Positions 1-12,520 of a DNA stretch of 64,000 nt are shown here, piece by piece. The stretch is taken from NCBI RefSeq assembly GCF_964213995.1, contig NC_135801.1, positions 64,232,001 through 64,296,000 on the forward strand, written 5' to 3'. Under the pieces are notes generated by a model. The model saw only the letters and a program-made list of their open reading frames with translations. It was not told where the DNA came from and did not search any database. Origin of the DNA: Mustelus asterias (lineage: Eukaryota). The translations under genes were made by a program, and so were the position numbers. Position 1 is the first letter of the stretch; every line of letters begins with the position of its first letter.

Positions 1-727
1 CATCCCTCTGATGTCTCAGTTATACTTCGCCCCTCTCAGCTTGAGCCCGTGACCCCTCGTGATCGTCACCTCCGACCTGGGAAAAAGCTTCCCACTGTTC
101 ACCCTATCTATACCCTTCATAATCTTGTACACCTCTATTAGATCTCCCCTCATTCTCCGTCTTTCCAAGGAGAACAACCCCAGTCTACCCAATCTCTCCT
201 CATAGCTAAGACCCTCCATACCAGGCAATATCCTGGTAAACCTTCTCTGCACTCTCTCCAATGCCTCCACGTCCCTCCGGTAGTGCGGCGACCAGAACTG
301 GACGCAGTACTCCAAATGTGGCCTAACCAGCGTTCTATACAGCTGCATCATCAGACTCCAGCTTTTATACTCTATACCCCGTCCTATAAAGGCAAGCATA
401 CCATATGCCTTCTTCACCACCTTCTCCACCTGTGTTGCCACCTTCAAGGATTTGTGGACTTGCACACCTAGGTCCCTCTGTGTTTCTATACTCCTGATGA
501 CTCTGCCATTTATTGTATAACTCCTCCCTACATTATTTCTTCCAAAATGCATCACTTCGCATTTATCCGGATTAAACTCCATCTGCCACCTCTCCGCCCA
601 ATTTTCCAGCCTATCTATATCCTGCTGTATTGCCCGACAATGCTCTTCGCTATCCGCAATTCCAGCCATCTTCGTGTCATCTGCAAACTTGCTGATTACA
701 CCAGTTACACCTTCTTCCAAATCATTT
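1..727 (-). mobile_element. CR1-clade LINE, 5'-truncated ORF2 C-terminal (RT) fragment; runs off the window edge
   Basis: ORF 16..720 has KFADDTK, WQMEFNPDKCEVMHFG, LYRTLVRPHLEYCVQFWSP and LERRRMRGDLIEVYK, typical CR1 ORF2 motifs; a TGA at 16-18 interrupts a frame that continues (DIRG). Confidence 0.93.
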
Positions 728-849
728 GGAGGAAGACCCTGTGCTGATAATGGCTCCTACAAGGTTCTAGCAACTGTGGTGCTGCTTCCACAACAGCTAC
801 GGGCCCACCTTCCCCTCACCTCAGTGTAATCTGTGCCATGTTAAGCTTA

Positions 850-1285
850 TATGAGCTTTGCATTTCAGTGCTTGGGGCCTAAAGTTCCAACTCGTTTGAA
901 TAAACCAATTAAACCAAACCAAACAAACTGAAGAAGAAAGTAAAAGGGCAGTCCCTTAAAGGGATACTGCCTTCAACAAAAACAAATCTCAAATAAAACT
1001 TAAAGCATCAAACTAAAATGTCATTAAAGGGGTCGATTAGGCACTCCAGTCCTCGACCTTGCTCCCTCTGCAGGGGCACCTGGCTGTGAATGTAGCCGCG
1101 GTGGAGGGGCAAATGTTGAGGTTGGATGACTCTCTTGCCTGGAGCTGTTGATGGTAAGTTTGGCCAGGCCCAGGAACAGGTTCGTGAGGAAATCCTCCTT
1201 CTTCCCTGTCTCCCTCCGCACTGGGTGCCCATAGATCAGGAGCATGGGGTGGAAGGGCAAAACTGTAACCCATTGAGGCAGGTGA
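850..1285 (-). mobile_element. L1/Tx1-clade LINE 3' fragment (degenerate)
   Basis: Minus-strand peptide FHPMLLIYGHPVRR...FLTNLFLGLAKLTINSSRQ followed by GLECLID resembles the Tx1-type ORF2 C-terminus; AT-rich 3'UTR-like sequence follows. Confidence 0.6.
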
Positions 1286-1845
1286 CATCCTGAGATGAGT
1301 GGAAGCTGAGGGCTACAAGTGACCCCTCCCCCCGAGATCACGTGACTAATCCCCCTGGCTCCAATTTACACTTATCTGCATCCACTGTGTCCTCTCCAGT
1401 GCCCCCAGAGCCTTGAGCACCCTTTAGGATGATGTCCACCTGAGCATCTGTCCCCGAAATCCCTCCCAGAGGTAAAGGTGCCAGGTTCACACTTATACAG
1501 AGCTGCTGTAAATGGCGCCAGCGCGACATCACTCCAGTGCCTTTTGTGAATATTCTGTGAGGGGTGAAAAGCCTGTGAGATTGTCTGATAATGACATGCA
1601 AATATATTAAAATCAACTTCTCGATCTTCTTTGGTGTGATCTGCACTACTCCATTGGCAAAAGGATTTGAAAATCACACCATTCAATTACACCGGCACGA
1701 ATCACACTTTTTAATACTTCCGCCATTTTGACACGACTCTGGAAAACCAGCGTACAGAGATTGCAGGGTCAAAATACACAAATGTGTACCCTTGTTACTT
1801 ATGGTTGCACACCGGCAGAACATTGAAGGAATGGAATCACTTTAT

Positions 1846-2000
1846 CATAGAATCACTACAGTGCAGAAAGAGGCCATTCGGCCCATCGAGTCTGCACCGA
1901 CCACAATCCCACCCAGGCCCTACCCCCATATCCCTACATATTTACCCACTAATCCCTCTAACCTACGCATCTCAGCACACTAAGGGCAATTTTTAGCATG
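1846..2000 (-). mobile_element. HE1/V-SINE-like SINE, 3' part
   Basis: Reverse complement ends ggccgaatggcctctttctgcactgtagtgattctatga, the same tail as other copies in the window. Confidence 0.8.
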
Positions 2001-2389
2001 CTGTTATGTTGTGATATTTTTTAGAATTGGCAAATAGTGCCCACAAAGTAATGTGCAGGACGGTCATTGCCCTGTATCTTGGGAAACCTGCAATTCTCTC
2101 AGAGCTAAGTGCTTGCTCCTCCTCCTTTTCCTATGGCAAGAAAGAATGAACTATATTCAGCTCTCTTGAAATAACCGAGTCTCAGTGATCTTTTTGCAAC
2201 AACAGATGGCAAAGTGGGAAATGTTGCAAATATTGCCTGTTCCAGCCTGGAAGGACGTTCACAGTGACAGTTACCTTTGCAGCCACGAACAGTGCGGAAC
2301 TCACCCTGCTGGAGGTTGCACTTGTGGCTGCAGCAGATGGCAGATTTCACGAAAAACATTGCTCGTGAAGTGGGAACATCTGACATACT

Positions 2390-3480
2390 GGGGGCGATTC
2401 TTCTGTTTTCAGGCTAAGTTATCCTATTGGTGTGAAAACAGAAGTGAATCGCGCTGCTGCTGGGAGCGTCTGTCAGGTGGGATTCACCCACCTGATGGGT
2501 CCAAAACATGCATCCCGTGACTCACGCTGGCCAGCCCCACTGTTCAGAGGTTGGGAGGGTGGCAAGGTCAATCCCTGGCCCCCAAACTCGAGGGCCCTGG
2601 GGACTGTCTCTCTGCAGCCTGGCAGCTTCAGAGGGGTAAAAAACCACTGGACTTGGCTCCTTTAATCCCTTTGGGGTCCAGCATGCCAGGTCCACTCTGG
2701 TCATGACCAGCACCAAAACCCAACCCGTGCATTTCTCGCTGGAGAGGCGGGTGAATGTCGGGGTCTGGTGAATGGGCTGTTAGACAGGTTTGCATAATAA
2801 TCGGGTAGCAGTCTGCTATGGATGGGAACCCAATCGGGGCTGGTGGAGCAGGTTGGGTGAATCCTGATAGCCCTCACACCAAGCGGGAATCCCCAGTTTT
2901 GGCTGATTCGCCATTCAGCAAGGCATCGAGACTCCCACCAGCCATCTGATGAGGTTGGTGAATCCCCTTCTCTCCCACCCACCCACTGTTCCTCATAAAG
3001 GTTGAGGTAGCCTAAATGCTCCCTGAAAATTCTGGGTGGATATGGCTTCCTGCTGAGAAGTCTTTTCCCCTCCCTTGTCCAGCAGTTTGCCATGCTGTGT
3101 CCCTTCTGCTGATTATCCGAGTGATGCTGTAGGCCAAGAGGAATGCAAACTACTGCACCCAAGTCTGGGAGCAAAGGATTTGTGCTGATTCTTTGATGTC
3201 AGTTCAGAGTTCTTCAGCACCTGCCACACCATTCCCTGCAGACTTCAGGAACTTTAAATCACTCTTCTACAATTGCAGCTACAGCTAGAAAAAATCAGTC
3301 AACAACTAACCTCTTAAGTTGTTGATGCAGTCTTTATATAGCATTGATTAGATGCTTTCTGCTGTTGAATTGGTGTTGAGCTGTGCAAAGTTGAGAGGGT
3401 GTTAGCTGGGGCATTGAGCTCCAAAATGGCAGCACTGACATCAAGTCAGTGTGACATCATGACCTGCCTTATGTGCACAC
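2390..3480 (-). mobile_element. Harbinger/PIF-like DNA transposon remnant with possible transposase N-terminus
   Basis: TIR-like start ggggcgattctt at about 2390; minus-strand peptide RKPYPPRIFREHLGYLNLYEEQ (about 2985-3055) resembles Harbinger transposase N-termini. Confidence 0.45.
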
Positions 3481-4729
3481 CTCTGTGTGTCAGTGTGAAT
3501 ATAGCATCTGGTGTGGCAAGCACCAGCAATGTGTATGCATGGCTGCAGCACACTTGTAGCACTGAAGAACTAGGTGCCATGGAGTCCAATGTTGTGATTA
3601 GAACCTTTCCTGATCAGAAGCTTTTCAGAAGAGATTTGCCAGCACGCACAAAGCAGATTTGAAACTCGACTGAATTGCTTTCTCTTGTTTCCTTGTTACA
3701 TGTGCAGCAAATAATGGAAATTCAAATTGAAGTTGAGAACATTTACGTTTTAAAAAAAAACACACCTCCCTTACTAGACTAAACTTCAAAAAATTAAATG
3801 TTCTTTTGTAAGATGCAATATTTTTGAAAAAGAAATATTGATCACAAGAGGTGCACAAACCAATAAAATGCTTACAAAGATCGGTAAAGTTCATATACAT
3901 CAGCAAAACACTAATTAATTCAAATTCAACTAAAGGCGGATGTAAGAATTCAGTTTTGTAATATGCTGCCCGTCAGTTCTAATGAGTGTCAGAGGGAAGC
4001 ACATTTTGAGTGCCCAAGAAAATCAAATTAACGCTATTCAGTTCCAACAGGGTAAAAATGTTAAAGGATATTATGAAATATCATATATCAACTACTGAAA
4101 CTGTTTTTCCTTTCTTATTTGTTTGGAAAAAATATTCATTGTACAAATGTTCTATTTCCACACCACAAACTAAGTGATATTCAAACTGACCATGGTTACA
4201 CTGGAATAATATTAGAAAGGGACATGGAATGCAAATTTCATCAGTGCTGGCTGAATGCCCTTTGCTGGGAAAATTGTGTCTTTATGAATGTTCCCTGAAT
4301 GTGCCAGAACACTCAGAAGGAGTGTTATCCTAATGTGATGCAGCATACCAGCTGATGTGATGGCAGAACATTTAATTGCATCTGTGCAGGTGTGGACAAC
4401 AAATTTGCGTACCCCTCGACACAGAGCAAGTGCTGCACTGCAAGATGTGCCTTGCACTAGAGTTATTTAAAGGGCCAGGCATCCAACTTTCAAGTAAAGT
4501 AGAATGTTTGCTATTGTAAAATGTCTGACAGGCAGAATTTTATGGAGCCTGCAAGAGTGGGAAACATGGCATGTGGGGTGACTTAATTAAGAGGGTTGCA
4601 AAGTCTCAATTCCCCAATGGTGGGTGGAAATGCAGAGATAAAATTAAGGGTGTGTTTGTGGCATGCTGAACCTCATGCAGACCTGTGGCAGGTTCATATT
4701 CGTTATACATTTATATGACATAAATACTC

Positions 4730-5540
4730 TGTAATGGAGAAGTATTATATAGAACATAAACTTATAATGTTATTAACTGGTCACACACACAAAATGTAAC
4801 ACTTTTTCTAAAAGGACACTGTTCTGCAGCAGCTACTTTGAAGGCTACAAGCTACTTCAAAGAGCTCTCGGAGACAGTGGCTAAAATAAGCCCAGGTTGA
4901 AACCAAAGAGAGGTCGACTGACCCAGCTCTTGGGTGAAATACACTGACTTTGAGCTAGCAGTGTGTCTGTCACAGGGACAGAAGGGGCAAGACCCTTAAC
5001 CCCTATCTCTTTAAATGTAGCCTCTCTCATCAAGGCTGGTTTGTGGTTTAAAAACACACCAGAAAACCTCATTGCTGCAAACCGAGAATTCTTAAAGGAA
5101 GGTTCCAAATCAACACCACTTTCTCCAAGAGAATAGTGAATCAACCAGCCATAACTGCAGCATGGCAACCTAATCGAGAAACTCCAGTACCAGCAGCTAC
5201 TATGGAAAGTGGCTCTTCAGCAGTAAACAAGCACCGGGGCAATCCGTGAATAATTTTTTTCTGACTTTACTTTTTACTTGGCCAAGTTTTAAGATCTGCA
5301 TGTTTGCGACAGGGGTGGATGTGTCTGTGTGTATATGTATCTTTATCTGAGTGAGTTTTAGCAATAAACCGAACAATTTACTTGTTAATTTGGGAAACTT
5401 GTTGGTTTATTTCTTGCATTGAGCTAAGTACATTTTTGAATTGGCAATGTCACCACCATTTTAAATCCAAATTGTATTATAAGCACCTCGGGCAGGACAA
5501 TGAGAGGAATCATTTTATTCCTCCTGATTTGGTAATAGCA
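4730..5540 (+). mobile_element. Possible solo LTR nested in a non-autonomous DNA element
   Basis: About 810 bp block starting tgtaat and ending ggtaatagca, with an internal AATAAA (about 5363) and near-matching 4-bp flanks actc/cctc; no coding remnant. Confidence 0.3.
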
Positions 5541-7441
5541 CCTCATTAACGCAAAATGTATTTGAATTTCATCCTACCTGCAAATTAAAGTCAGCAGCAC
5601 AGGAGAATCTCCTGACACCTGGTTCACATTTGTTTAAAGGTGGTGTGCACCAGCTAGCATTATGCAGTTGTGTGTAACATCAGTGGTTTTTCTTATTTAA
5701 TTCTACAGCATGAGGAAGGGAAACAGAAGAATGACAGCTTACAGGAGCCTCTGAGCTGGCAAGGGTGAATCAGTTTTAAGGAGGGGGTTTGTGGATTGGG
5801 TTCAGGGGCACGGAGAAATAGAAGAGGGATCCAAAGGAAGACAGAAAGTGGTAAGGGCTTGGGATCCTCTGCATGGTTAGGAAGGGTGGCTGTGGTTGGA
5901 CAGTCAGTTAAGATAAGAAAATGAGGCATCATTGGCGTCCAAATGTGTGTCCCTCTCAGGGTGTTGCCTGACAGTGTCCTTACGGGGCTTTGAGTTCACC
6001 TACAACATTTCATTTAGGCCCAGTGAGAGTGATCTCATGTAATGTATAGAAGGGAGGGCCAGCTGAGCTTGCAAGCTCTGCCATGTTCCACAGAGAGGCA
6101 AGGACAACACTGGACGCTTGCATGACATTCGATAAAGAATTTTTGCAAAAATACAGCATTGTTTCTTCCACAATAAAGGAAATGTCTCTTTACTCCTCTG
6201 TAAGCATCAATATGTGCCTCTTCTTTAGTGCTGCATTGTTGCCCCATCTCTTTGGGTTGCAGTGACTGGGCAAGTTTTAATTTGTGCATGTTTGAAAGAA
6301 GAAAATCAGAAGGAGATTGGTGTCAAAGAAGTGGGGTTGGGTTGGAAAAAAAAGTTCCATGTTCACAGCATCTGCAGCTTGCTTATCATGTCAGATAGCA
6401 AGCTGAGGATGAGCTGGGGATTGAGGAGAGGCACAAGGCAGGACATTGACATTATCTTCAGTATGCTTTGTGACATTGGATGCCACTGTCTCTGCTGCCA
6501 TTGATTGCATGATGTGGAAAGCCATCTCCTCCATGGGGTTCAGGAGATGGAGATGTTTGTGTAACCCATCCAGCTCTTTGAGTGCCAGTCTATCCTACAA
6601 GTGAGAGGGCAGAATGTCAGATAAGCGTGTCATGCTGTATATAGCTGATATGCTTGCACAACAGAATAGCGAGAGGTATGTGAAGGCATCAAGGTGTAGC
6701 TCTGAGACTTGTGTGATCAGTTAGTGTGCGAGCACAAGGTGGAGTATCTGGATATTTGGCGTTAGTCCTAAGTGGCAGAGAATTTTTAAAATATCCTTTC
6801 ATGGGAAGGCCAGCGTTGTTGCCCATCCCTAATTTCCTTGATAAGGTGATCTACCTTGAACTGCTGCAAATGGGTGAGCGATAGAGCTATGATACATGGA
6901 TATTTTGTGGGGTTGGTGGTGTAGTCGGTAGGAAAAGTCATGTGAAGGTGTATTCACTGACATTAACAACTTGTGACACTGCTGTTTGATTCTTGGGTCC
7001 AGACACCAGGAATCAATTGTTAGCCCATAATCTCCATGCCTGCGTGGACTGGTGGGCCAAATGGCCTATTTCTGCGCTTTATATATAATTAGCATAATCC
7101 CTTTGATATATTTGACCACTTTGTCTGATAAACTTAGTTCCTTAATAAATTAATGTTGAATGTAATGTCTTGATGAAATACAATATATTAAGGATTTCAA
7201 TGGGTGGCAGTTCATGTTCCACTTGTGACGATAACCTTTCTTGCTCAGCAGTTACCAACTGCAAGATATAAATCACATCCAAAAAAATCTCCAAAATATA
7301 TATCTTTATTTTTCCACACTTCAACCAACATGCCAAAGCAATATTGAACAATTTAAAAGCGACAATGATGAGAAAGCATACTGTGGAGGTATTCACAAAC
7401 ATGTCTTATGTAACCAAAGGTATCTGTTTGGCTTTTACCAG

Positions 7442-7622
7442 ATATGCAAATATGATTATGTTGAGATCCGCAGTGGCCTTTCATCAGATTCCAAACTTCA
7501 CGGGAAGTTTTGTGGTACTGAAGTGCCTGAAGTTATAACATCCCAATACAATAATATGAGGATTGAATTCAAATCTGACAATACTGTTTCCAAGAAAGGA
7601 TTCAAGGCTCACTTCTTTTCAG
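7442..7622 (+). CDS. TLL1: Tolloid-like protein 1 exon: C-terminal half of CUB3 (181 nt, phase 0/1)
   Basis: ttttaccag acceptor, G|gtaggt donor; [60 protein letters not shown] is nearly identical to vertebrate TLL1 as I recall it. Confidence 0.96.
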
Positions 7623-10600
7623 GTAGGTTAACTAGAGAGTGAGTATCTCTGAAAAATGTTGTTGAGTTCTCACATTTGAGATCAAGATGTTCTGACATTG
7701 CAAACTGTCAGGAAGTTTGACTGAAAAAAATTTAAAACCTGGAAATTGGTTACAGAGGTTTATGGTACTCATACAGTATTGTGCACATAACGTCATAATT
7801 GCGCCTTTTAGGGTGGCTCTTGAGTTAATTGGTTTATTTATTTTGTTTTGCTCAAAAAAGTAGAAGTAATAATTGAAGAGTGGTGAGAGGAATTCACCAT
7901 CTCATTTAAAATTGTGTGTTGATGAACATAGAATAATGATGTACTAATCTGTGATCTCACCACTGTAGGCTTACATTAAGTTGAAAAGTTATAAAACATT
8001 GATGAAGCAAAACAGGGTAGTAACTCGCACTTTGAAGCAGCAATGTACTTTCCATGGAATGGTGGTAGATGACCTACCAAAGCTCACTGTGAAGCGGGAG
8101 CAGAAGGAACGGCCATCAAAAGAAGGGTCTACTTAGGGTACATCTTCCTGTAGGTTTTTTAAGCAATATTGGAAGAAACGTGGGAGCCGGTCATTTTTTT
8201 GCCCCTCTCAGGCATGACATTGCATGACAAAACCGAAAGAAAGTAGAAGAGGTGAAAGGAAGTATTGCATGTCCATGATAATTTATAGTACTCAGGTTAT
8301 TTCTTTGCAGCAGACTTTCTTATCTTTTTATCTACCTGGATGTGGTTACTGGTTACAATAATGCATTATTGCTACAGTTGTGCTGCACAAAGGCACAGTT
8401 GTCTTTCTGGAGTCTGTTGAGAATTTATGAACAAGCAGATGTGCCCAGAAACTTTATGCAGCAATCAGGAGGATTTTGGGGCCATTAAGGAGTTTCCATC
8501 CATGCGATACAAATGCATAAACTACCTCTTCAGAACTTCACTTCCCAATAATGCGGCTTATATGCAAAAAAGCTTCAAAGTATGAATCTAACTCATTTTT
8601 ATATTTTTAAAATCTTGAATCTGCTTTTAATATTTCCTTTCTTCTTTGGTCAATAATTTCCCTGGACCAGCTTTTTGCCACACTTTCGGCCAAGCTAGAG
8701 TGGTGGACTTGGAGTAGTTCTGAGGTTATTCTTGGTTTTCGAGTTTGTTTTGCTTTTCGCCTCTTTTTCTTTTGTTTGTTTGTTGATCTTGCATTTTCTT
8801 TGTTTCAGTTTTTAAAATGTTTTGTGCACTCTACCTTCTCACCTAAAATTTGGATATGCATATCTTACTGATATAAACTCTGTGTTGTTTTGTCTTGATA
8901 GCAAGACAGTGTGAATTCACTAATTGTTTACATCGCTAATCGATGTTAGTAATGTTCAACAGTTAATGGCAGGATCTAGACATCTCATTTTTGTCCCCAC
9001 TGGTCATCCTCATTCAAAATCTTGCTCCTCCAGCCAAACTCGCCCCGAACTGTCTTCGCCACATCAGTAACCAAAATCGTCATTATCCCCAGTGAGTGCA
9101 GGTCTATAACAAGTGAATAATGACAAAGAAATAACCAAGTCAAGGATTGCGAAGGAGAGAAGTGAGAAATAGAAAAGAAGAGGAGAGAAAAGCATTTGAG
9201 AAAGAGGCAGTCAAGGAGTCGAGACAATTATAAAACAGAGATGAGAAATAGCATAAGAAGATGAGACAACAGTAGCAAAAAGAGATACGAGCTTGACAAT
9301 TCATCTGTAAAGCCCATTTTGGATGGTCTAAAGGTCTTCTGGAAAGGTTGAATGGGGTGGGCCTTCCATTGATTTCCCCAATCCTAATAAATGGCCACTT
9401 TGATTTTTCTCCTGACACTGTCTGGATCTGCCCGCCCTCATTCTGTTCGGCTTCCTGTAGATAATGGCATAGGATATGGTTTGCTAGTCCTCACTATTTT
9501 ACTTCTATTTATGCTGATTTTGCAAGCTTAAAAAGCACCAACTTTATAAAAAGGGCATATTTGAAACCTGTGCAGTGTCCAAGAGATGAGAAAGAATGGT
9601 GAACACCAAAAGTCAGTAAATACATATTTTCTGTAGGACTATAAGGCCTGGATGATTTACGTTACAATAATGAGTAGTGAGTATAATACTCATACCTGCA
9701 TTAGAATATTGTGTAATTAGAAGTTAAAGGCTGTTGTTAGAAAAGGATTTAAAATCAAATTAACCTTGTAGATAAATAATGAATTTCCTTCTCAGAAGTG
9801 TATTTTTGTAATGTTTTGAGGAAGCAATGATGAGGATGGGAAAAGGAACAGAAAGGTGGGGCAGTAAGCAGCATCATATAGTTAGATGCCATCTGAAATG
9901 ATAGATGTTGCAGAAAATCTATAGATCATTGACATAATTTATAAAATTCTCCTGACAAGCAGTGTGTGAGAATGCTGTGGCTTCATATCCTAACCATGGA
10001 TCTACCGGAGCAGAGACAATGAGCAATGGAATTTTATCGATTAACATGTCGTACAGGAAGGTTGCTTGGAGACTAGGATTACCCACTTAAATCTTGGCTG
10101 ATAACATCAGAGCAACATCCAGAAACCAAGGTTCAGTGAAATATCATGAGCAAACGGCATCATTACTGAATGGGTCAAGAGAATTCCGAAATCCCATTTC
10201 CATTTGTATACAAGGATATATTCTTAATCCCCATCCTATTTCTCACCTGTATGTTGCCCCTTGTCAATATCGTCCAATAACACTGCATCAATTCCCTCAT
10301 GTGACACTGAGCAGGTCTGGCGGTATCTGTGGAGAGTTTCTCTCGGGGTTGAATTTAATACAGGAATCAGAAGTCCCACCACCAGAGTCAAAAGTAGAAT
10401 ATAAGTTCACTTAAGTCAGTAGTGGGACTGTGGGGCAGCATTTTGCTGGTGGCAATCGATTTAGAAAGGCAACCAAGTGCTACCAGACCAAATAGATAGC
10501 TGGCAGCTCTGCAGCCTCAGCAGCACTACTGTTAACAATGGGCATTGTTGAGGCTGCAGCAGTGATAAGAGAACATCACAATGGTTGAGGTCCTCTCGAA

Positions 10601-11153
10601 GATGGGCAAGTAGGTTTAGGGAAGGCTGGGCTAGGCACGTGCAACAGCCTTTAAGCCGTTTTAGTTGCATTTATCGCATGTTCTACAGTTAAACTTTGAT
10701 CGTCCCAGAACTAGAAATTACCTTTAAAATATTAGCTATGAACCATGAGCAAGATATTTATGACACAAATACAGTGCCCAGGCATCCAACAAACCTCTGG
10801 ACACTTTTTAAAGGCAGCTTTACACTGGACCTTATTGGAGATATTTTCATTTCTCAAATCAAAAAATGTGAAGAGGTGAGGTAGATGATCAGCCTTGTGC
10901 AGACTATTGAACCAGAAGCAGCTTTGCATTATGGCAGAAATGGTGGTATGATGGCACTTCATTTTGTCCCCAAATTATTACAAATAAGATGAAAGGTGCA
11001 CTAAATTGAAACTAATAATGAAAACAAACTTATTCTCAATGGCCTCACTGGATGCACTGCTCGCTCAGTTGTGCAGACTAGGAAGATCTCAAGTTCTATA
11101 TTCAAATGGTCATTTGGTAGTACAGAACTTCAATATTGTTGAACAAAAGACTT

Positions 11154-11189
11154 GTGTCAAAGCTTTTCATCTTGCACTCACCAGGACAC
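11154..11189 (-). ncRNA. Minimal type I hammerhead ribozyme motif, core-mutated (CUGGUGA)
   Basis: Minus strand: gtgtc CTGGTGA gtgcaagat GAAA agcttt gacac; 5-bp stem I, palindromic stem III. Confidence 0.7.
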
Positions 11190-11575
11190 TTTACAAGAAT
11201 ATCAATATAATGGGAAAACAACAATTTATACTGTATGGGAAGAAAATACAGAGTAATCTGAGATAGACATGGGAACTTTTAGCTGAAAATGATGGCCATT
11301 CATGAGTTTTCAAATACACAGCATGAAATGATCTGAGCAGGGCAGCCATTATCCCACAGGATGCCTTTGCCACACCCTATTTCAGTGTGCTAAGAATTAC
11401 ACTGACAACCAATTTAAGATTGTCATTCAGGCTTGCTGTGTGACTCATTTAGATGTAATGGAAGCTACAAATATTAATACCTAGGGCACAGTATTTTGTA
11501 GACAGAACATGTACACACATCGAGTTAGTTTCATCTAAACAAAATAAGTGACTGCCATTCACTGACACATTCTGC

Positions 11576-11879
11576 AGGAATGGTGGCCCAATGTTAGCAC
11601 TGTTGCCTCACAGTGCCAGGGACCCAAGTTCAATTCCAGCCTCAGGTGACACGCTATGTAGAGTTTGCACATTCTCTCCATGTTTGCTGGCGCTCCAGTT
11701 TCCTGCCACAGTCCAAAGATGTGCGGTTTAGGTGGATTGGCCATGCTAAATTGCCCCTTAGTGTCAGGGGGATTAGTGGGTAAATATGTGGGGTTACAGA
11801 GATAAGGTCCAGGTGGGATTGTTTTTAGTGCAGACTCAATGGGCCAAATGGCCTCCTCCTATATTGTAGGGATCTATGA
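11576..11879 (+). mobile_element. HE1/V-SINE-like tRNA-derived SINE
   Basis: tRNA-like head (ttagcactgttgcctcacag, gttcaattcc B box), core ccacagtccaaagatgtgcggtttaggtggattggccatgctaaattgcccc, tail gtagggatctatga. Confidence 0.85.
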
Positions 11880-12065
11880 ACCAATCATGGTGAAGCTGTC
11901 TAGTTTAAAATTCAAACAATGTTTGGCAGTTAATTGTCAGTCACTATCAACTGGTGCATTCTCAATGCCAACACCTCTACCAACCAGAATCTACTTGTCA
12001 ACCAAATAACAATCTCTTCTCATACAGTATAAATGGTTGTTTTCCCTATATATTAGTATTCTTAT

Positions 12066-12107
12066 GACATGTTCTGATGAGTGCAAGATGAAAAGCTTTG
12101 ACATGTC
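12066..12107 (+). ncRNA. Minimal type I hammerhead ribozyme motif with intact CUGAUGA/GAAA core
   Basis: gacatgtt CTGATGA gtgcaagat GAAA agcttt gacatgtc; 8-bp stem I, short stem II, palindromic AAGCTT stem III, UUU cleavage triplet. Confidence 0.75.
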
Positions 12108-12224
12108 TCTTTGTTCAGCAATTCTCAAGTTCTATATTCATTAAGTTACCTGCTGGAATGACCACTTCAATTGAGTTTGCTGTCTCTGGACTAGGGGAGA
12201 AAAAATTGGCGAGCATTCCCTTTC

Positions 12225-12520
12225 TTACTAAGGCTAAGCCGTTCAGGACTGAGCTGAGGAAGAACTTCTTCAGTTGGAGAGTTGTGAACCTGTGGAATTC
12301 TCTACCACAGAAAGCTGTTGGGGCCAGTTCATCAGATATTTCAGGAGGCAGCTGGATGTGGCCCTGCCAGCTAAAGGGATCAAGGGATATGGAGAGAAAG
12401 TGGTAGTGGGATACTGAAAGTGCATGATCAGTCATGATCACATTTGAATGGTGGTGCAGCTCAAAGGGCCGAATGGCCTACTCCTGCATCTATTTTCTAT
12501 GTTTTCTATGTTTATCTATG
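12225..12520 (+). mobile_element. CR1 3' end fragment
   Basis: FRTELRKNFFSWRVVNLWNSLPQKAV, then gggccgaatggcctactcctg and a ttctatg-repeat tail. Confidence 0.8.

Larger units (their letters stand above)
11135..12125 (+). mobile_element. Penelope-like element remnant: inverted pLTR, GIY-YIG C-terminus, pLTR; interrupted by a SINE
   Basis: 11383-11505 translates QCAKNYTDNQFKIVIQACCVTHLDVMEATNINT*GTVFCRQ (Penelope endonuclease C-terminus-like); about 11135-11250 is the reverse complement of about 12010-12125; both arms hold a hammerhead motif. Confidence 0.75.

Noticed and set aside
7241-7642. 133-aa ORF as a standalone gene, or the read-through tail GRLTRE*
   Set aside because: Only 7442-7622 is CUB-like and it has canonical splice sites; the flanks are intronic read-through with no supporting evidence.
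8607-8805. Lys/Arg-rich stop-free frame on the minus strand (KQKKKRRKAKQTRKPR...)
   Set aside because: No start codon or recognisable domain; explained by a T-rich tract or an ancient transposon remnant.
8780-8846. Strong polypyrimidine tract with tttcag as an alternative acceptor (would give VFKMFCALYLLT*)
   Set aside because: Phase-compatible, but the peptide resembles nothing known to me and such tracts are common.
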